Assembly (NCBI GenBank): GCA_000004695.1
Contig: CM000150.2
Location: 1,888,001 to 1,952,000, forward strand
Source: Dictyostelium discoideum
Taxonomy: Eukaryota
Reading direction: 5' to 3'
Length of the DNA: 64,000 nt
This document shows positions 50,533-64,000 of the stretch, piece by piece. The translations under genes and the position numbers were made by a program. How positions within the stretch are numbered: position 1 is the first letter of the stretch; every line of letters starts with the position of its first letter. The notes beneath the pieces are model-generated. The model saw nothing but the letters and a program-made list of their open reading frames with translations. It had not been told where the DNA came from and ran no database searches.

Positions 50533-52644
50533 TTATTTTTTCTTTGATAAAATTTTATCAATTTTTGATTTAACAGTTTCATTTGCTTTTTCAGAGATAT
50601 CAATTAAATTTGGATTTGGACGTTGTTTCTTTGGTGTTGTTTCATCTTTATTTTTTGTTGGTGGTTTATAAAGTGGTGTACCAATTAATACTGGACTTGA
50701 TATGATTCTTTTTTTTGGTGTTACATTATTGTTACTATTTTTATCTTCTTCTTCTTGTTGTTGTTGTAGTTGTTCTTGTACTTTTTTTTTATCATCTTCA
50801 TTTAAGATTTCACCAGTTATATCATCACGTGGTATGATTTTACCATGAAATGGACAAATCTCTTTATCTCTTCTTTGACAAAGGCTACCATTTTTCAAAG
50901 GGAAATTACAAGCCATAGAAGGTGTTGTATCAACTTCATCCTCTAATGTATAGGTTACTTGATTAAGTTTATTATAATTTTCAATTGAAATTGTCGCTTC
51001 ACTACCTTCACCCAAGAATCTATGTTCTCTATTGATACCAGTATCCAACACAATCTCTTTTTGACCCCAAAATAATAAAGTTGGATCCATTGGTACAATT
51101 GGAGCACGTTTTAATAAATCTTCAACTGATTCTTCCTCTGGTAAATCTTCAACACTAACTGGTTTAATATCACGTTTATAATATGGTTTATAAATTATTC
51201 CTTCATCTGTTGTAGTTGTAGTAGTAGTTGTAGTTGTAGTTGTAGTAGTTTTGTTTTCATTATTTTCATCTTCAATTGATTGTTCACCAGTATACTCTTC
51301 CATTTCTATACCTTCAAATTCATCAATTTCTTCTTCATTTTCTTGATTATTATTTTGATTATCAATATTTTTAAATGGTAAAACATCAATATCCTTACTC
51401 TTTGCTTTAATATCATTAATATTTTGTTGAAGTGTTATTACATGTCTAAGATGAGAAGAATATTCAGTATCTGATTGTGTATTAATATTAATTTTAATTA
51501 ATGTTGAATACCAATCATTTACAACCAAGTTTTGATATCTTTCCAACTCTGTCACCAATTCACTTAATTGTTTAACTTTAATTTCATCCAAATTCTCTTT
51601 TGTATCTTCTGGATCAATTGATACATCAATTGCATAACTCATACTACCAAAACCACCTTCTTTAACAATATTTGAATTATCAATTCTTTCCTCTTCTTCT
51701 TCCTCTTCCTCCTCTTCATTGTTTGTATCTTTTTCTTTTTCTTTTTCTTTTTCTATTTCCTCTCCTTGTTGCTTTAAACTTTCTTTATAATCTTCATCAC
51801 TACCAAATAAATCTTCAAAATTTGAAGATGGATCTGGAATCATCTCTTTAAATAAATCTTGCATATCATTTATTATCTTTTGAATTGAATTTGTAATTTC
51901 TAAAAATTCAACTTTAAATTTTTCATATTTTAATTTTAATAAAGCTTGAGTTTTTTCCTAATATAATATAATATAATTAGTAATGGTTAGATTTCAAATA
52001 ATATTATTTTGAATATGTGGGAAAAAAAAATAAAAATAAAAATAATAATTACCTTTCTTTCATTTTCTTCTCTTGTTCTTATTTGAGCTTGAGCTCTAAT
52101 TTCAGGGAAATTTAAATTTAAAGAATTTTTTAAATAGTAATAACCATTTCTTAATAAACTATAATGAGCACCGAATGCTTCATTCCAACGTTCGATATAT
52201 TCTAATGTTTTAGCTTTTAATTGTAATGCACTATTAGTTGGTGGAGGTAGTACATGTCTATTTATACCCAATGTGTATTCAAAGAATACTGATAATACAC
52301 CACATAACAATTCTCTAAAATATTTTGATCTCATAAAAATTTCATTTATTATATTAATTGTTGAAATTCTGACCTTCGGAGAGAGAAAAAAAAAAAAAAA
52401 AAAAAAAATTAATAATTTATATAATATTAATAAAATAAAATTTTTAAAAATAGGTAATATTTACCTGAGAATGTTTAATTTTTAATCTATCAAATAAAAG
52501 ATCGAATGCACTCTTGACATTTGAATTTGATTGTTTTAAAATTAATTTAAATTGTTGAGCATGTTCAGTTGATAATTCAAGTGTACCTGTTGATGTTGCT
52601 GTTTTAATTAAATCGCTTAATTTCTTTCTTGATTCTAAATCCAT
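50533..52644 (-). CDS. UV-stimulated scaffold protein A (UVSSA) homologue, three exons: 52644..52465, 52373..52053 and 51957..50533.
   Basis: The N-terminal VHS-like region aligns to human UVSSA. RISTINIINEIFMRSKYFRELLCGVLSVFFEYTLGIN aligns to [63 protein letters not shown] aligns to [27 protein letters not shown]. The C-terminal DUF2043 zinc module PSMACNFPLKNGSLCQRRDKEICPFHGKIIPRDD aligns to [47 protein letters not shown] aligns to APVVPYGVDLHYWGQ. Donors are GTAAAT and GTAATT. Acceptors are CCGAAG and TATTAG. All junctions are phase 0. Confidence 0.8.
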
Positions 52645-53008
52645 GAATTCACCACAACCAAATGATTTTTTATTAAAAAAAAAAAAAAAAAACGATTTAT
52701 TTATTTTTTTATTTTTTTAATTATTTATTCATAATAAAATCAATAGTAATAACACACTAAAGTTTTATATTATATTATATATTTATTTATATAAATATAG
52801 ATATAGATATTTGAATATTTAAATTAGTGTTGGTGGATATGACGACGTGTAAGGTGTTTGTTTTGACTGTGCAAAAATATTTAATAAATTTTTTTTTTTT
52901 TTTGATTTTCATTTTTTTTATATTTTTTTTTTTATTTTTTTTTTTTTAAATTTTTATTTTATTTTTATTTTTTTTTTTTTTTTAATTTCAACAAAATCAC
53001 AAAGTTTA

Positions 53009-53062
<54 letters not shown>

Positions 53063-53101
53063 TTAATAGCTTTATAATCATATATATATGATAATAAAAA
53101 A

Positions 53102-54283
53102 ATGGTGGTTTTAGCAGCAGCAATTTGTACAAAAAATGGTAAAGCATTATTATCAAGACAATTTTCAGAAATGACAAAGAGTAGAGTCGAAGGTTTATTA
53201 GCAGCATTTCCAAAATTAATTGGATTAGGTAGACAACACACTTTTATCGAAACTGAAAATATCAGATACGTTTATCAACCATTAGAATCATTATATATAG
53301 TTTTAATTACAAATAAAAATTCAAATATTTTGGAAGATCTCGAAACATTACATTTATTAGCAAAATTGGTATGTTGTAAATTTTTTTTAATTTTTTTTTT
53401 TTTCACTTTATAAATAAATAATTATTAATAATATTAATTGTTTTTTTTTTTTTTTTTAAAAAAATAATAAATAGGTGCCAGAATATTCAAATTTTGATGA
53501 ATATGATATTTCAAAGAATGCATTCGAATTAATATTTACATTTGACGAAGTCATTGCAATGGGTTATAAAGAAAGAGTAACACTTCAACAAATTAAACAT
53601 TTCATTTCTATGGAAAGTCATGAAGAAGAAAGATTTAGAATGGAAGAAAAGGTAAAATATTTAAAATTAATTTTGATAATTTTGTATAATAAAAAACCCT
53701 TTATATTTATATATTTTATATATAATATTTGCTTTTTATTAGATTAAACAAAAAGAAGCACAAATTTTAGCATCATCAAAAGCAAAGGAAATTGAAAGAA
53801 TGAGACATGAAGAAATGTTAAGAGGTAAAAGAAGTGGTGGTTATACTGGTATTAGTGGTGGCGGTGGTATGGGTAGTGGTGGTATGGGTAGTAACCAATA
53901 TAGAGATAATGATAGAGATAACTATCATAGCAATAACAACAATAATAACAACAATAACAATAATAATAACAACAACAATAACAACAATAGAGACAGAGAT
54001 AGAGGCGACTCACCAAATACATCAAGACCATCTGCTGCTTCATCAGGTTCACAAGGGGGTATGATATTGGGTGGAAAATCAGGAACAAATAAAAATAGTG
54101 CAATCGCTCAAGTTTTAAAAGAAGAAAAGATCGTTGAAAAAGTTGAAGATGTTGAACAACTTTTAGATTCACAAATTTCACAAATTCCTGAAACTCCAAC
54201 TGTACCACAAGAGGGGTATTTATTTATTTATTAATTTATTAATTTATTTATTTATTTTTTTATTTATAAACTAATATTTTTAT

Positions 54284-54317
<34 letters not shown>

Positions 54318-55114
54318 TATAGTGTTCATATTACAGTTGAAGAATCATTCACTAGTTTTGTTGAAAGTGATGGTACTGTTGAAAGTATTGATATTAAAGG
54401 TGGTTTATCAGTTCAAATTAATGATCAATCACTTGGTAAAGTTAAAGTTAACCTTAAACAAGGTAAACTTTCAAAACAATTCCAATTTATTGTAAGTTAT
54501 TATTATTATTATTAATATAAAATGTGTATATATTTTATTAATTTATTAATTTATTAATTTATTAATTTTTAAAATAGACTCATCCAAATATAGATAAAGC
54601 ATTATTTGGTGAACAATCAGTATTAAGATTAAGAGATGGTGGTAAAGGATTCCCAAGTGGTGGTATATTAAAATGGAGATGTAAAACCAATCAAGAATCA
54701 ATGATGCCAATTAGAGTTAACTGTTGGCCATCACCAGGTAGAGATAGTACCACAGTTAATTTAGAGTATGATAGTTTGGTTGGATATGAATTGAAGAGTG
54801 TATTCATTGTAATTCCAAATCCAACATCGAATGCACCAATCATCAATCAATTCGATGGTCTTTACGAGTATGATAATAAACAAAAATGTGTAATTTGGAA
54901 GATACCTCTTATCGATGATTCAAATAGACAAGGTTCAATGGAATTCAGTGTTAAAGGTAACACTCAATCTTTCTTCCCTGTCAAAATTCAATTCACTGCT
55001 TCTCAAACAATTTGTGATACCACCGTTGGTTCCGTATTTGTTGAAGACTCTAATCAATCAACTAACTTTTCAACTGAAACAACTTTATCAGTTGATACTT
55101 ATGAAATTAAATAA
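53102..55114 (+). CDS. copD: Coatomer subunit delta (delta-COP/ARCN1), five exons: 53102..53368, 53475..53651, 53743..54215, 54323..54491 and 54578..55114.
   Basis: [88 protein letters not shown] is about 70% identical to the human delta-COP N-terminus. A C-terminal MHD follows (RVNCWPSPG..., [18 protein letters not shown]). Donors are GTATGT, GTAAAA, GTATTT and GTAAGT, all with AG acceptors. The linker exon has poly-Asn and Gly-rich tracts. Confidence 0.9.
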
Positions 55115-55188
55115 TAATTTAATAATAATTTAATAATAATTTATAATAATTATTAATCATATTATAATATTATCAAAAACAAAAAATA

Positions 55189-55232
<44 letters not shown>

Positions 55233-55353
55233 AAATAAAAGTTATAATGATGTTGTAAAAGAGATATTAAATTTAATAATAATAATTATTATTATATTAA
55301 CTATATATACAAATAAGAGACGTACTCTTTTTTTTTATTATTGTTTATTTTAT

Positions 55354-56468
55354 TTATTTAAATAGTAAACTGAATCTTCTACTTGGTGTTGCTTTATCAG
55401 TCTCTTTAATATTACTATTGTTTGCCGTTGTTGTAGTGGTAGTGGTAGTGGTAGTTGTCGTTGTTGTAGCTGTTGTTGTTGTTGTTGTTGTTGTTAAAGA
55501 ACCAATCGGTGGTGATGAGGGTGTGGGTGGTGATGGTACTATATTGTTATTATTATTATTATTATTAGTATTACTTGGAGGAATTTGTGGAGTTGGTGAA
55601 GATGAATGTATTATTAAATCCATTGGATGATTATATTCATGATTACCAATCGAGTGAAAATGATTATATAAATTTCTTGTACTAATTGGTATATATGATG
55701 ATAATGTTGGTGGATGAATTTCAATATCATCATTATCATCATTATCATTATTATGATGATAACTAAATGACAATAATGAACTTGGTAAATTTGAATTTAT
55801 ATTAAAATCATTTTGATGATGTTGATGTTGGTGTTGGTGTTGATGTTGGTGTTGATGTTGATGTTGGTGTTGATTATTTAAATCATCAGGTGATAAAGTT
55901 GATAATGATAATGATTGAAATATATATGGATTAAAAGTATTTTTAAATTTTAAAAATTCATCATCAACGTAATTTGATTTAAATAATGATTGATCCCTTA
56001 TGATGTATTCTGCACGTTCAATTAGGTCATTCTCTTGTTGAACTTTTGAATGAGTGTAAATACTTCTCATCCAATCTTCCATCTCTGATTTTGAATCGGC
56101 AGAGAATAAATATATTCTATTACTTGTATTAATTTCAAATATATTCTCTTTTTCTGTACAATCACTTTGTTTTATTATACATTGTCTTAGATCAACGAAT
56201 CCACTATGTTTTTCATTGGCTTGTTTATGATAAAATAATTTACTATCTTTTGATAACATACACCATCTTTTTTGCCAACTTTTATTAATTTTACCTTTTT
56301 TATATAAATTACCTGATTTAATTGTTTTCTAAATATATATATATTAAAAATAAAAATAAAAAAATAAAAAAAAATACATAAACATAAATTAATTAGAATT
56401 ATTATTATTATTTTATATAGGTATGTGTAATAAAAAAAATAAAAATTACCTCACCTGGATAATGGTTC
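55354..56468 (-). CDS. PH-domain protein, two exons: 56468..56448 and 56328..55354. The tail is Q/H-rich and poly-Thr.
   Basis: Exon 1, ATGAACCATTATCCAGGTGAG, ends at a GTAATT donor. The ATTTAG acceptor leads into KTIKSGNLYKKGKINKSWQKRWCMLSKDSKLFYHKQ...RIYLFSADSKSEMEDWMRSI, a canonical PH-domain fold signature. (HQ)11 and poly-T(hr) low-complexity regions follow. Confidence 0.7.
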
Positions 56469-56619
56469 ATTTTTCATTATTTAATTATTTTTACATAAAA
56501 TTGTATATATAGAGAAAAAAAAAAAAAAAAAAAAAAAAGATATTTTACTGTTGGTCTTGTTATTTATTTTTATTTTTATTTTATTTTTTATTATTTTTTA
56601 TTTTTTTTTCAAAAAATTC

Positions 56620-56650
<31 letters not shown>

Positions 56651-56950
56651 TTCAATGTTCAAAAAAAAAAATTTTAATTAAAAAAAAAATATTTTCATAA
56701 AATAAAGTGTGTTGATTATATAATAACTAAAAATATAATAATATATGTATATTATTATTAATCATTATCTTTTAGATATATCACACCTAATTATATTATT
56801 CAGAAATAATAATAATAACAACACCCAATAATAATAATAAATAATTTTATAAAAGATATTTTTAAAATTAAATATATGTAAATAATATCTTTTTTTTTTG
56901 TTTTTTTTTTTTTCTCAAACAAAAATAATTTAAAAACCATCAACAAAATT

Positions 56951-57713
56951 ATGATGAATCAACAACAACAACAACAACAACCACCAACAACATCACCAAC
57001 GCAACAACAACAATTAACCCAATTACAAACACATCAATATTTTCAAAATAAATTTAAATTATTTTATAAAAGAGAATTAGATGAAGCTGATCCATTAGAA
57101 ATTGTAAGTTTAAATTCTTATTATTAATTAATTTATTAATTTATTAATTTATTAATTTTTTTTTTAATTTATTTTTTAGTATTGGAGAGAATGTTATGAT
57201 AAAATTGAATTATTATTATTAAATAGTTCAGAAGCAGAGATTAATAATTATTTAATTGAAAAATCAGCATCAGTTGAATCAAGTGGAAATAATGATCAAT
57301 CAAATAAATTTCATACAGAAGTTACAATTGGATTTTTATATGCAATTCTTTTAGGATCACCTCAAAACATTGCATTATCGCATCAATATTTTAAATCTTT
57401 AACTTTTTTCACTAAAGATTCATTAGCATTATTTTGTTCATTATTAAAGAAATTAATAGCAGATAAATTTCAAAAATTAAATGATACACCAAGACAACAA
57501 GTGGTTTGGATCATTAATGAATTGATTGCAACCAATCATCAAGATTGTGAATCTGTAACTTCAATCATTTTAAGACATATTTATGGTGGTAATTTCACTT
57601 CAAAAAATTTATCTTTAAGTCATTCAATGTTAAATATGTTTTTAACACATAGGTAAATTAATTAATTAAATTTAAACCTTTATATAAATATATACTAATA
57701 TTAATATTTTATC

Positions 57714-57744
<31 letters not shown>

Positions 57745-60608
57745 CAATGGTTAAATAGTAGACCATTATTAATACCAACTATATTATATAATTTTTTAAG
57801 ATTAATTCAAGATCATATTAGTAGACCGCAAGGTTTACATAATCCAACTCATTTGAAAGATGAAATTAATTTTTGTTTAGATTTATTAAAAAATAAAGTA
57901 AGTTTATAAATTATTTTATTTAAATAAATATTAATATATATATTTATAATGTTAACTTTTTTTTTTTTTTTTTTTTAAAAGTTTCAAGAATGTTTAGTAA
58001 TTGGTAGAGATTTAATTAGATTATTACAATATTTAAGTACAAAAACAATAGAGTTTGAACAATTATGGAAAGATTTAAATAGTAAACCAACAACATTTGC
58101 GCCTGGATATTATGATATAATTCAATCAATGAAAACACCAACACCTAAACATTTCTTACAATCAAGATTATCACCAGAGATGGAATTACAGGTATTATAT
58201 ATATTAAAAGAGGTTAAATTTGGTAATCAAAAGAGATATCAACAATGGTTCGTTACAAAGTATTTGGTTACACCAGAATCCGAATCATTAATACCCGATA
58301 TAATTCGTTATATTTGTTGTGTCTATCATCCACCAAATCATGTACTCTGTAGTGATATTGTCCCAAGATGGGCTATCATCGGTTGGTTATTGAAACATTG
58401 TAAATCAGATGCATGGAGAAACTATAGTAAGTTATCCTTGTTTTTAGATTGGCTTTATTTCGAACCAAAGATTGACTCAATTATGAATATTGAACCCGCT
58501 ATCCTATTAATGGCTGGTAGTGTTAAAAAGTATGCAGATATGACAATTGATTTGGTGGAATTCATTGTTGGTACATTATTAGATAGTTATGATATTCAAA
58601 GAAAAGATGCAATTCGTCAAGGTATTCATAATTCCTTTGCTACAGTTTTGGAAAAAGGTGTTGTTCAATCATTAAGTCATGTTTTCCCACCAGATTCTTT
58701 AGGTCCTTCTTTATTTGAAAAGGTTAAACATTATTTCCATCAATTTTTAACAAATTCACCAATTCATCAATTACATAGTCAACAACAACAACTACAACAA
58801 CAACAACTACAACAACCACAACAACCACAACAACAACAACAACCACCGCAATATAAACCATATCCACAACAACCAATTAATAAACAATTACCATTACAAA
58901 TGTCACCACAACAACAATCACAACAACAATTACAACAACAACAATTACAACAACAATTACAACAACAACAACAACAACAACAACCACCACAACAACCACC
59001 ACCACAACAACAACCACAACAACAACCACCACAACAACAACCACAACAACAACCGCAACAACAACAACCACAACTAAATATATCGACAGGTAATTTACCA
59101 AATATTCAACAACCAATGGTAAAATCACCACCATTATCATCAAATACTTTAGTATCACCTACTTCATCATCTTCTCCAACTTCATCAAATTTACCAACCA
59201 ATAATAGTAGAGTTTTAAATAAATCTGGTGTTGATATTCACCATGTTTCAAATTTATCACCCCAAGTAATTTCGCAAAAACCACAATCTCAACAAACCCC
59301 TTCACTTCATTCTTCATCACAATCTGTTTTACAACAAAAATCACCACCGTTAAAAGAAACTAGCTTATTTGAGCAACAACAACCTTCTCAACAACTACCT
59401 TCACAAATTGTTAAAAATTCACCCCCAAATTTATCAATGACCAATGAAAATATTTCAAACCCACCACCACCACCTCATGCTAAAATTAGTTCAGATCATG
59501 CTTCACCATTAATAAACTCTTCCAATAGTAATATCACAACTCCAAACCCCGATAGTCAGTCTCAAATACCAATTCCCCCTCCAATATCGCAATCACCATC
59601 AACTAAAAACATTGATGTAATTATGTCAGAATTAAATGATGAACCACCAAAATTATCAAAATCATCACCAACTCAATCAAATATTATAGTTCCTCCACCA
59701 ACTCATAAACCACCACAAACCACAATATCATCTTCATCACCATTGTTACAACCACAAACTCAACCTCAACCCCAAACTCAACCTCAACCCCAAACTCTAC
59801 AACAATCAACTACACCATCATTATCATCAAGTAGTACACCAACTATACCAATTTCACCACCATTACTACCAACACAATTAGAGATCGATATTCAACCACC
59901 ACCTCCACCACCATCATCACAACCTTTACAACCACCACCTCCACCCCCACCATCTCAAAATATAAAAGATGAAACTTTAAATAGCTTGATAGAATTAAAT
60001 AGTAGTATTAAATTGGATGAAGAGATTAAAATGGAAATACCAGATATTCTATTAACAATAGGAAGTAAACCACAATTTCAACCAACAAATATTACTATCA
60101 CTCTTGGTTCTATACTCTCAAACTTTAATGAAAAGATATCAAAACAACCAAATATAACTCTTCAAAATGAATTAACAGATTCCTTAACACAATATCTATC
60201 TCAAGTTTTAAAACCAGAATTACAAATTGATCTTTCAACAACACCATCACTTTTATCTTTATTTTGTAATTTCCAAGTTATTCACCACATTTTCCGTGCA
60301 ACTTTTTCACCAACTGATAATTCAATAACAACAACGACGACGACAACAGCAGCAGCAACAACAACAACAACAACAACACCAACAATAGTAAAACCAATGT
60401 TTAATATATTAAAGGAACTTTATAAAATTTATCCTTCCATTGGTTTTAAAATTATGATTTGGTCAATTATTACATCACCAGGTGGTTTGAATATTACAAA
60501 TAATGGTTGTACTTATATCTATCCAGATATTGAATGTGATAATTCTTTCTCCAATTCTGATGATAATGAATCAACTAATAATAATAATAATGGGGTCGAA
60601 CAAAAACC

Positions 60609-60642
<34 letters not shown>

Positions 60643-60658
60643 ATTAATGAAAATACTC

Positions 60659-60716
<58 letters not shown>

Positions 60717-61839
60717 AAATAATATAACTAATAATAGTCAAAATATAACAATTAAAGAAGAATCAATATTTAAAATAGAAAAATTACTTGAATCAGTTCA
60801 AGATTCAAATGGTAATAGGAATATACTTGGAAATTATTTAAATTTTCATAGTAATTTATTAGGTGGTCAACCACCACCACCACCACCACCACAACAACCA
60901 AATAAAATAGTTGAACAAATTATTAGTGATTGTATAGAAGCAAATAATGTTGGAGCATTTAATTACTTGGTACCAATATTGTATAAAAGTTTTTCAAATC
61001 TATTGGTTGGTAATTCAGATTTCTTATATTTAGTTTTATCATGCATCAATCCACGTCAACATTTTAGAATTTGTAATAAGATATCGATGGGTGAATTTAG
61101 AGTATTTGGTAATGAAATGAAATCATTAATAAGTCAATCATTCAAATGGGAATCTTTTGAACAGAACTATCTATGGCAAATGTTAATAGCTGAGGATTCA
61201 GTTTATAGTGGTATGATTGTAAAGGAATACCCATTCATAATCAGTAAATTAGATCCATACAATAATAGTGAAGTCTTACAAAATCTGACCATAACCCTAA
61301 AGGAAACAAAGTTTTATGACTTTAATATTTTCTCTGAAACCTTATTATTAAATGATTACTTTTATACTTTTGTTTTCTGTTTATTCTCTTTTTGGTTAAA
61401 AAATAATACAACTCAAACATTTAATTATATAAATCAAATTTTCGATTTTTATTTATCAAATAATAATAATAACAATAATAATAATAGAAAATTGGTTGAA
61501 AGAATTTTATATTTTTATAATATATTTTTGAAGAAATATGGCGAAGAAAGGTAAGAATCAATAGTTTTTATAATTAAAATATTTAGATATAGTTTTTAAT
61601 TCTTTTTTTTTTTTTTTTTTATTAGAATAAAATGGAGTGATATGATAGATTCTGATAGAGTTTCAAAAGTATTACAAAGATCAACAAATTCAAATTTATT
61701 TCAAAAGTATTCAAATTTAGGTAGTTTAGTATTACCATCACAATCTTCAAACATAAAAAATGATAACAATCCTACTTTATCCAAACATCAAAATAGCGAC
61801 GATGATTCAAACCCAAAGAAAAGATTTAGAAAAGAATAA
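56951..61839 (+). CDS. ints3: Integrator complex subunit 3 (INTS3), five exons: 56951..57103, 57180..57652, 57744..57897, 57982..61550 and 61626..61839.
   Basis: [31 protein letters not shown] aligns to human INTS3 [43 protein letters not shown] aligns to [25 protein letters not shown] aligns to CLMIGRDLVRLLQ. SFKWESFEQNYLWQMLIA aligns to SLDWETFEQYCAWQLFLA. Donors are GTAAGT three times and GTAAGA, and acceptors are TTTTAG, TTTTAG, AAAAAG and TATTAG, with consistent phases. The large exon 4 carries a central Q/P-rich region of about 500 aa. Confidence 0.85.
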
Positions 61840-62292
61840 TCCAAATAAAAAATAAAAAAAATTTAAAAAATTGTTAAATAATTTACAATCATTTCTTTCT
61901 TTTTGTCCAATAATTTTTTGTGTTTTATTATTTATTTTAAATTAGAGAATGGTAATTTAATTATTATTTTTTTTTTATAATTTAAGGAAATACATCGCAA
62001 ATTGATTTAAATTATTTAACCTATATTACCTCATTTAATTCAAAATTTCCCTCTTTTGTTTCGAAGGGGAAGCTAATTTCTAAAAAAAATTAAAAAATGC
62101 CTGGACTCTTTGAATTCTTTTTTTTTTTTTTTTTTTTATTACTACTTTTATAAAGAAATGATAAATTTGAAAAAAGTTTTTTTTGAAAATAGTTTATATC
62201 CTTTTAATATAAGAACATCATTAATAAATTGAATGTTTAATTACAATAGTATAAATGATATTAAAAAAACAAATAATAATAATAATATTAAT

Positions 62293-62401
<109 letters not shown>

Positions 62402-62540
62402 TTTACACTAATTTCTTAAAAAATTTTAAAAATTTTTTTTTTTTTTTGAATTGGATAACGCAATTATTATTTGCTTCTCCTTGAGATGCTAGATCTCATT
62501 TTATTTTATTTTTTTTTTTTTTTTTTTTACAGGGTCTCTA

Positions 62541-62872
62541 AAAGAGGGGTTAGTTTACTTTTTTTTTTTTTTTTTTTTTGTTTCGAATTTTGAATTGTAT
62601 TATTACTTTTGATTAAAACATCTTTTTTGTCCAAACTTTTTTCTAAATCTTTTTTTATTTTATCGTCTGGTTCGTGATTGATGTTTATGACGTATTTGAA
62701 TTGTTTTTTTTTTAATTGAGTTTTATCCACAATTTCGCTTATTTTTTGTAGGCATTTGTGTTGCTTAATATTTGTGGTGTTGTTTGTGATTTTCATTTTA
62801 TTTTCTTTCTATTTTTTATATTTTTCTTTAAAAAGTTAAAAATCTGGAAATTTTCTGATTAACTTGGGTTCC

Positions 62873-62878
<6 letters not shown>
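62541..62878 (-). mobile_element. Possible second, 5'-truncated retroelement 3' fragment of about 340 bp, ending in its own A20 run at 62519-62560. It lies downstream of the first element's poly(A).
   Basis: It is a GC-elevated block whose composition resembles the adjacent element and differs from the A/T-only surroundings. It holds an 89-codon minus-strand ORF (62527..62796) with a K-rich tail and is followed by GTAAACTAACCCCTCTTTTAGAGACCCTG-A(n). Confidence 0.3.
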
Positions 62879-62931
<53 letters not shown>

Positions 62932-64000
62932 TTATTTATAGAAAGTACTGAGTGAATTATTGTATTTTTTGAGATGTTTAGGAAGTTCTATTGCGTGAAG
63001 AGGTGAGTTCCATTGTCTGCTAAATTGTAATAGCTTTAGCGAGATTAGTGAGTCTAATTTATTTTGTTCTTCTGGCCGTTGCTTTGATTTGATTCTTAAT
63101 GTTTTGTTTATAACCGCTTGTGTCCTGTCCCATGCAGCTCTTTGTGTTTTAATTAGTTCACGTATGACTTGTTGTCTGTGAATTATTATTTCTTTTTCAT
63201 CGTGAATGAGTTTATTTCTTTTGTGCCAGATTTTATCGAATATAATAGCTATTAAATTGGCTACTAGTGCAATTTGTAGATGGTTTAAAATCTTCACATT
63301 CCAGGTGTGAGTGGTGTGTCCACACTTAGTTAGGGTGTAGTTGAAGATTTCTTGTGTGTTTTTGATGTGGGCTTTGCAGTTGAAGAATATATGTTCTGAG
63401 GTCTCATCTTCCCCACACTGTTGGCATGGCATGTTGTATATTTTTGGTAGTGCTTTCAGTGTGTATCTCCATAATAGATCTCTACCTTTCATGTTTATTA
63501 TTTTTTTGATTTCTTTAAATGGAAGGTGTTTGCTATTAATTTTGGTCATTATTTCTTTTTGGCCAGGAGTTGGTATGAATTTGTTGTGTTCAGGAGATTG
63601 AGTTGTCATCATATCTTCGTATATTTTTTTTAATTTTGGGAGGTGTTCGTAGTGTGTTTGTTTATTTTGTGGAGTTTTTAATTGGGTCCATGCTTGCTTG
63701 CATTGCCAGTGTAGTTGTAGTTGATTTTGTTTTGTTGTTGTTTTGTTGTTGTTGTTGTTTTTGAGTTCCTCTTCCCACAGTTTTATATATGAACTAGGAG
63801 TGTTACTTACTCTTTGGTGGAGGTATCTTTCGAATAACCATGCTTTCTGTGCTAGTTCTCTTGTCTTCAGGTTCCATAAGTTTAGGCCACCATTGATATA
63901 GTTGTTTTGTCTTCTTTGTAGTGAAAGAGAGTTTTTAGATTTTGTGTTGAAAACGAATTTTACGATGTTATTTTCAATACTATTGTGTTGTGGTGTGGTG
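62879..64000 (-). mobile_element. 3' end of a non-LTR (LINE-like) retrotransposon. It comprises the ORF2 C-terminal region with a CCHC-type zinc knuckle (62932 to beyond 64000) and an A50 tail at 62879..62930. It runs off the right edge.
   Basis: The minus-strand ORF is open from the window edge to the stop at 62932 and contains CQQCGEDETSEHIFFNCKAHI, a Cys-X2-Cys...His...Cys motif typical of the ORF2 C-termini of non-LTR elements. An uninterrupted T51 on the plus strand, which is poly(A) on the element strand, follows the stop directly. The element has markedly higher GC than the surrounding DNA. The Dictyostelium TRE family could not be assigned from memory. Confidence 0.65.

Overview
This window is nuclear DNA of Dictyostelium discoideum (or a very close dictyostelid), judged from composition alone. 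It is about 80-90% A+T outside exons, has long homopolymer A/T runs, short AT-rich introns with GTAAGT...AG boundaries, and poly-Asn/Gln/Thr tracts inside coding regions. All homology calls come from reading the ORF translations against remembered protein families; no search was run. Exon coordinates were derived by hand and may be off by 1-2 nt. About 17 protein-coding genes are supported. They encode mitochondrial aspartate aminotransferase, cyclin H, a TBC-domain Rab-GAP, NELF-C/D, a membrane purple-acid-phosphatase-like metallophosphoesterase, a PAP2/AUR1-like protein, a large N/S/I-rich repeat protein followed in frame by a 6-TM ORF, a NAA35/MAK10-like NatC subunit, a large C2+Munc13-homology protein, PPWD1, an F-box/Kelch protein, a LYR-motif protein, UVSSA, delta-COP, a PH-domain protein and Integrator subunit 3. 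A partial P/T/S-rich repeat ORF lies at the left edge and the 3' end of a non-LTR retrotransposon at the right edge. Two unannotated systems stand out. (1) A pair of DUSE-promoted, T-run-terminated class-I-like ncRNA genes (4.63 and 5.13 kb) carries the class-I CUUACAGCAA motif and an end-stem, fused to a roughly 50-nt core that closely copies a conserved LSU rRNA helix. (2) A repeat family is present as two direct copies at 5.4-10 kb and two inverted copies at 36.6-40 kb, bracketing a 26-kb gene block. Each unit carries divergently arranged 53-59-codon ORFs of a conserved small-protein family (MIFTSLTKILNKSSSS...NPLGPQGGVGPYF), six copies in total. Smaller oddities are listed in the findings.
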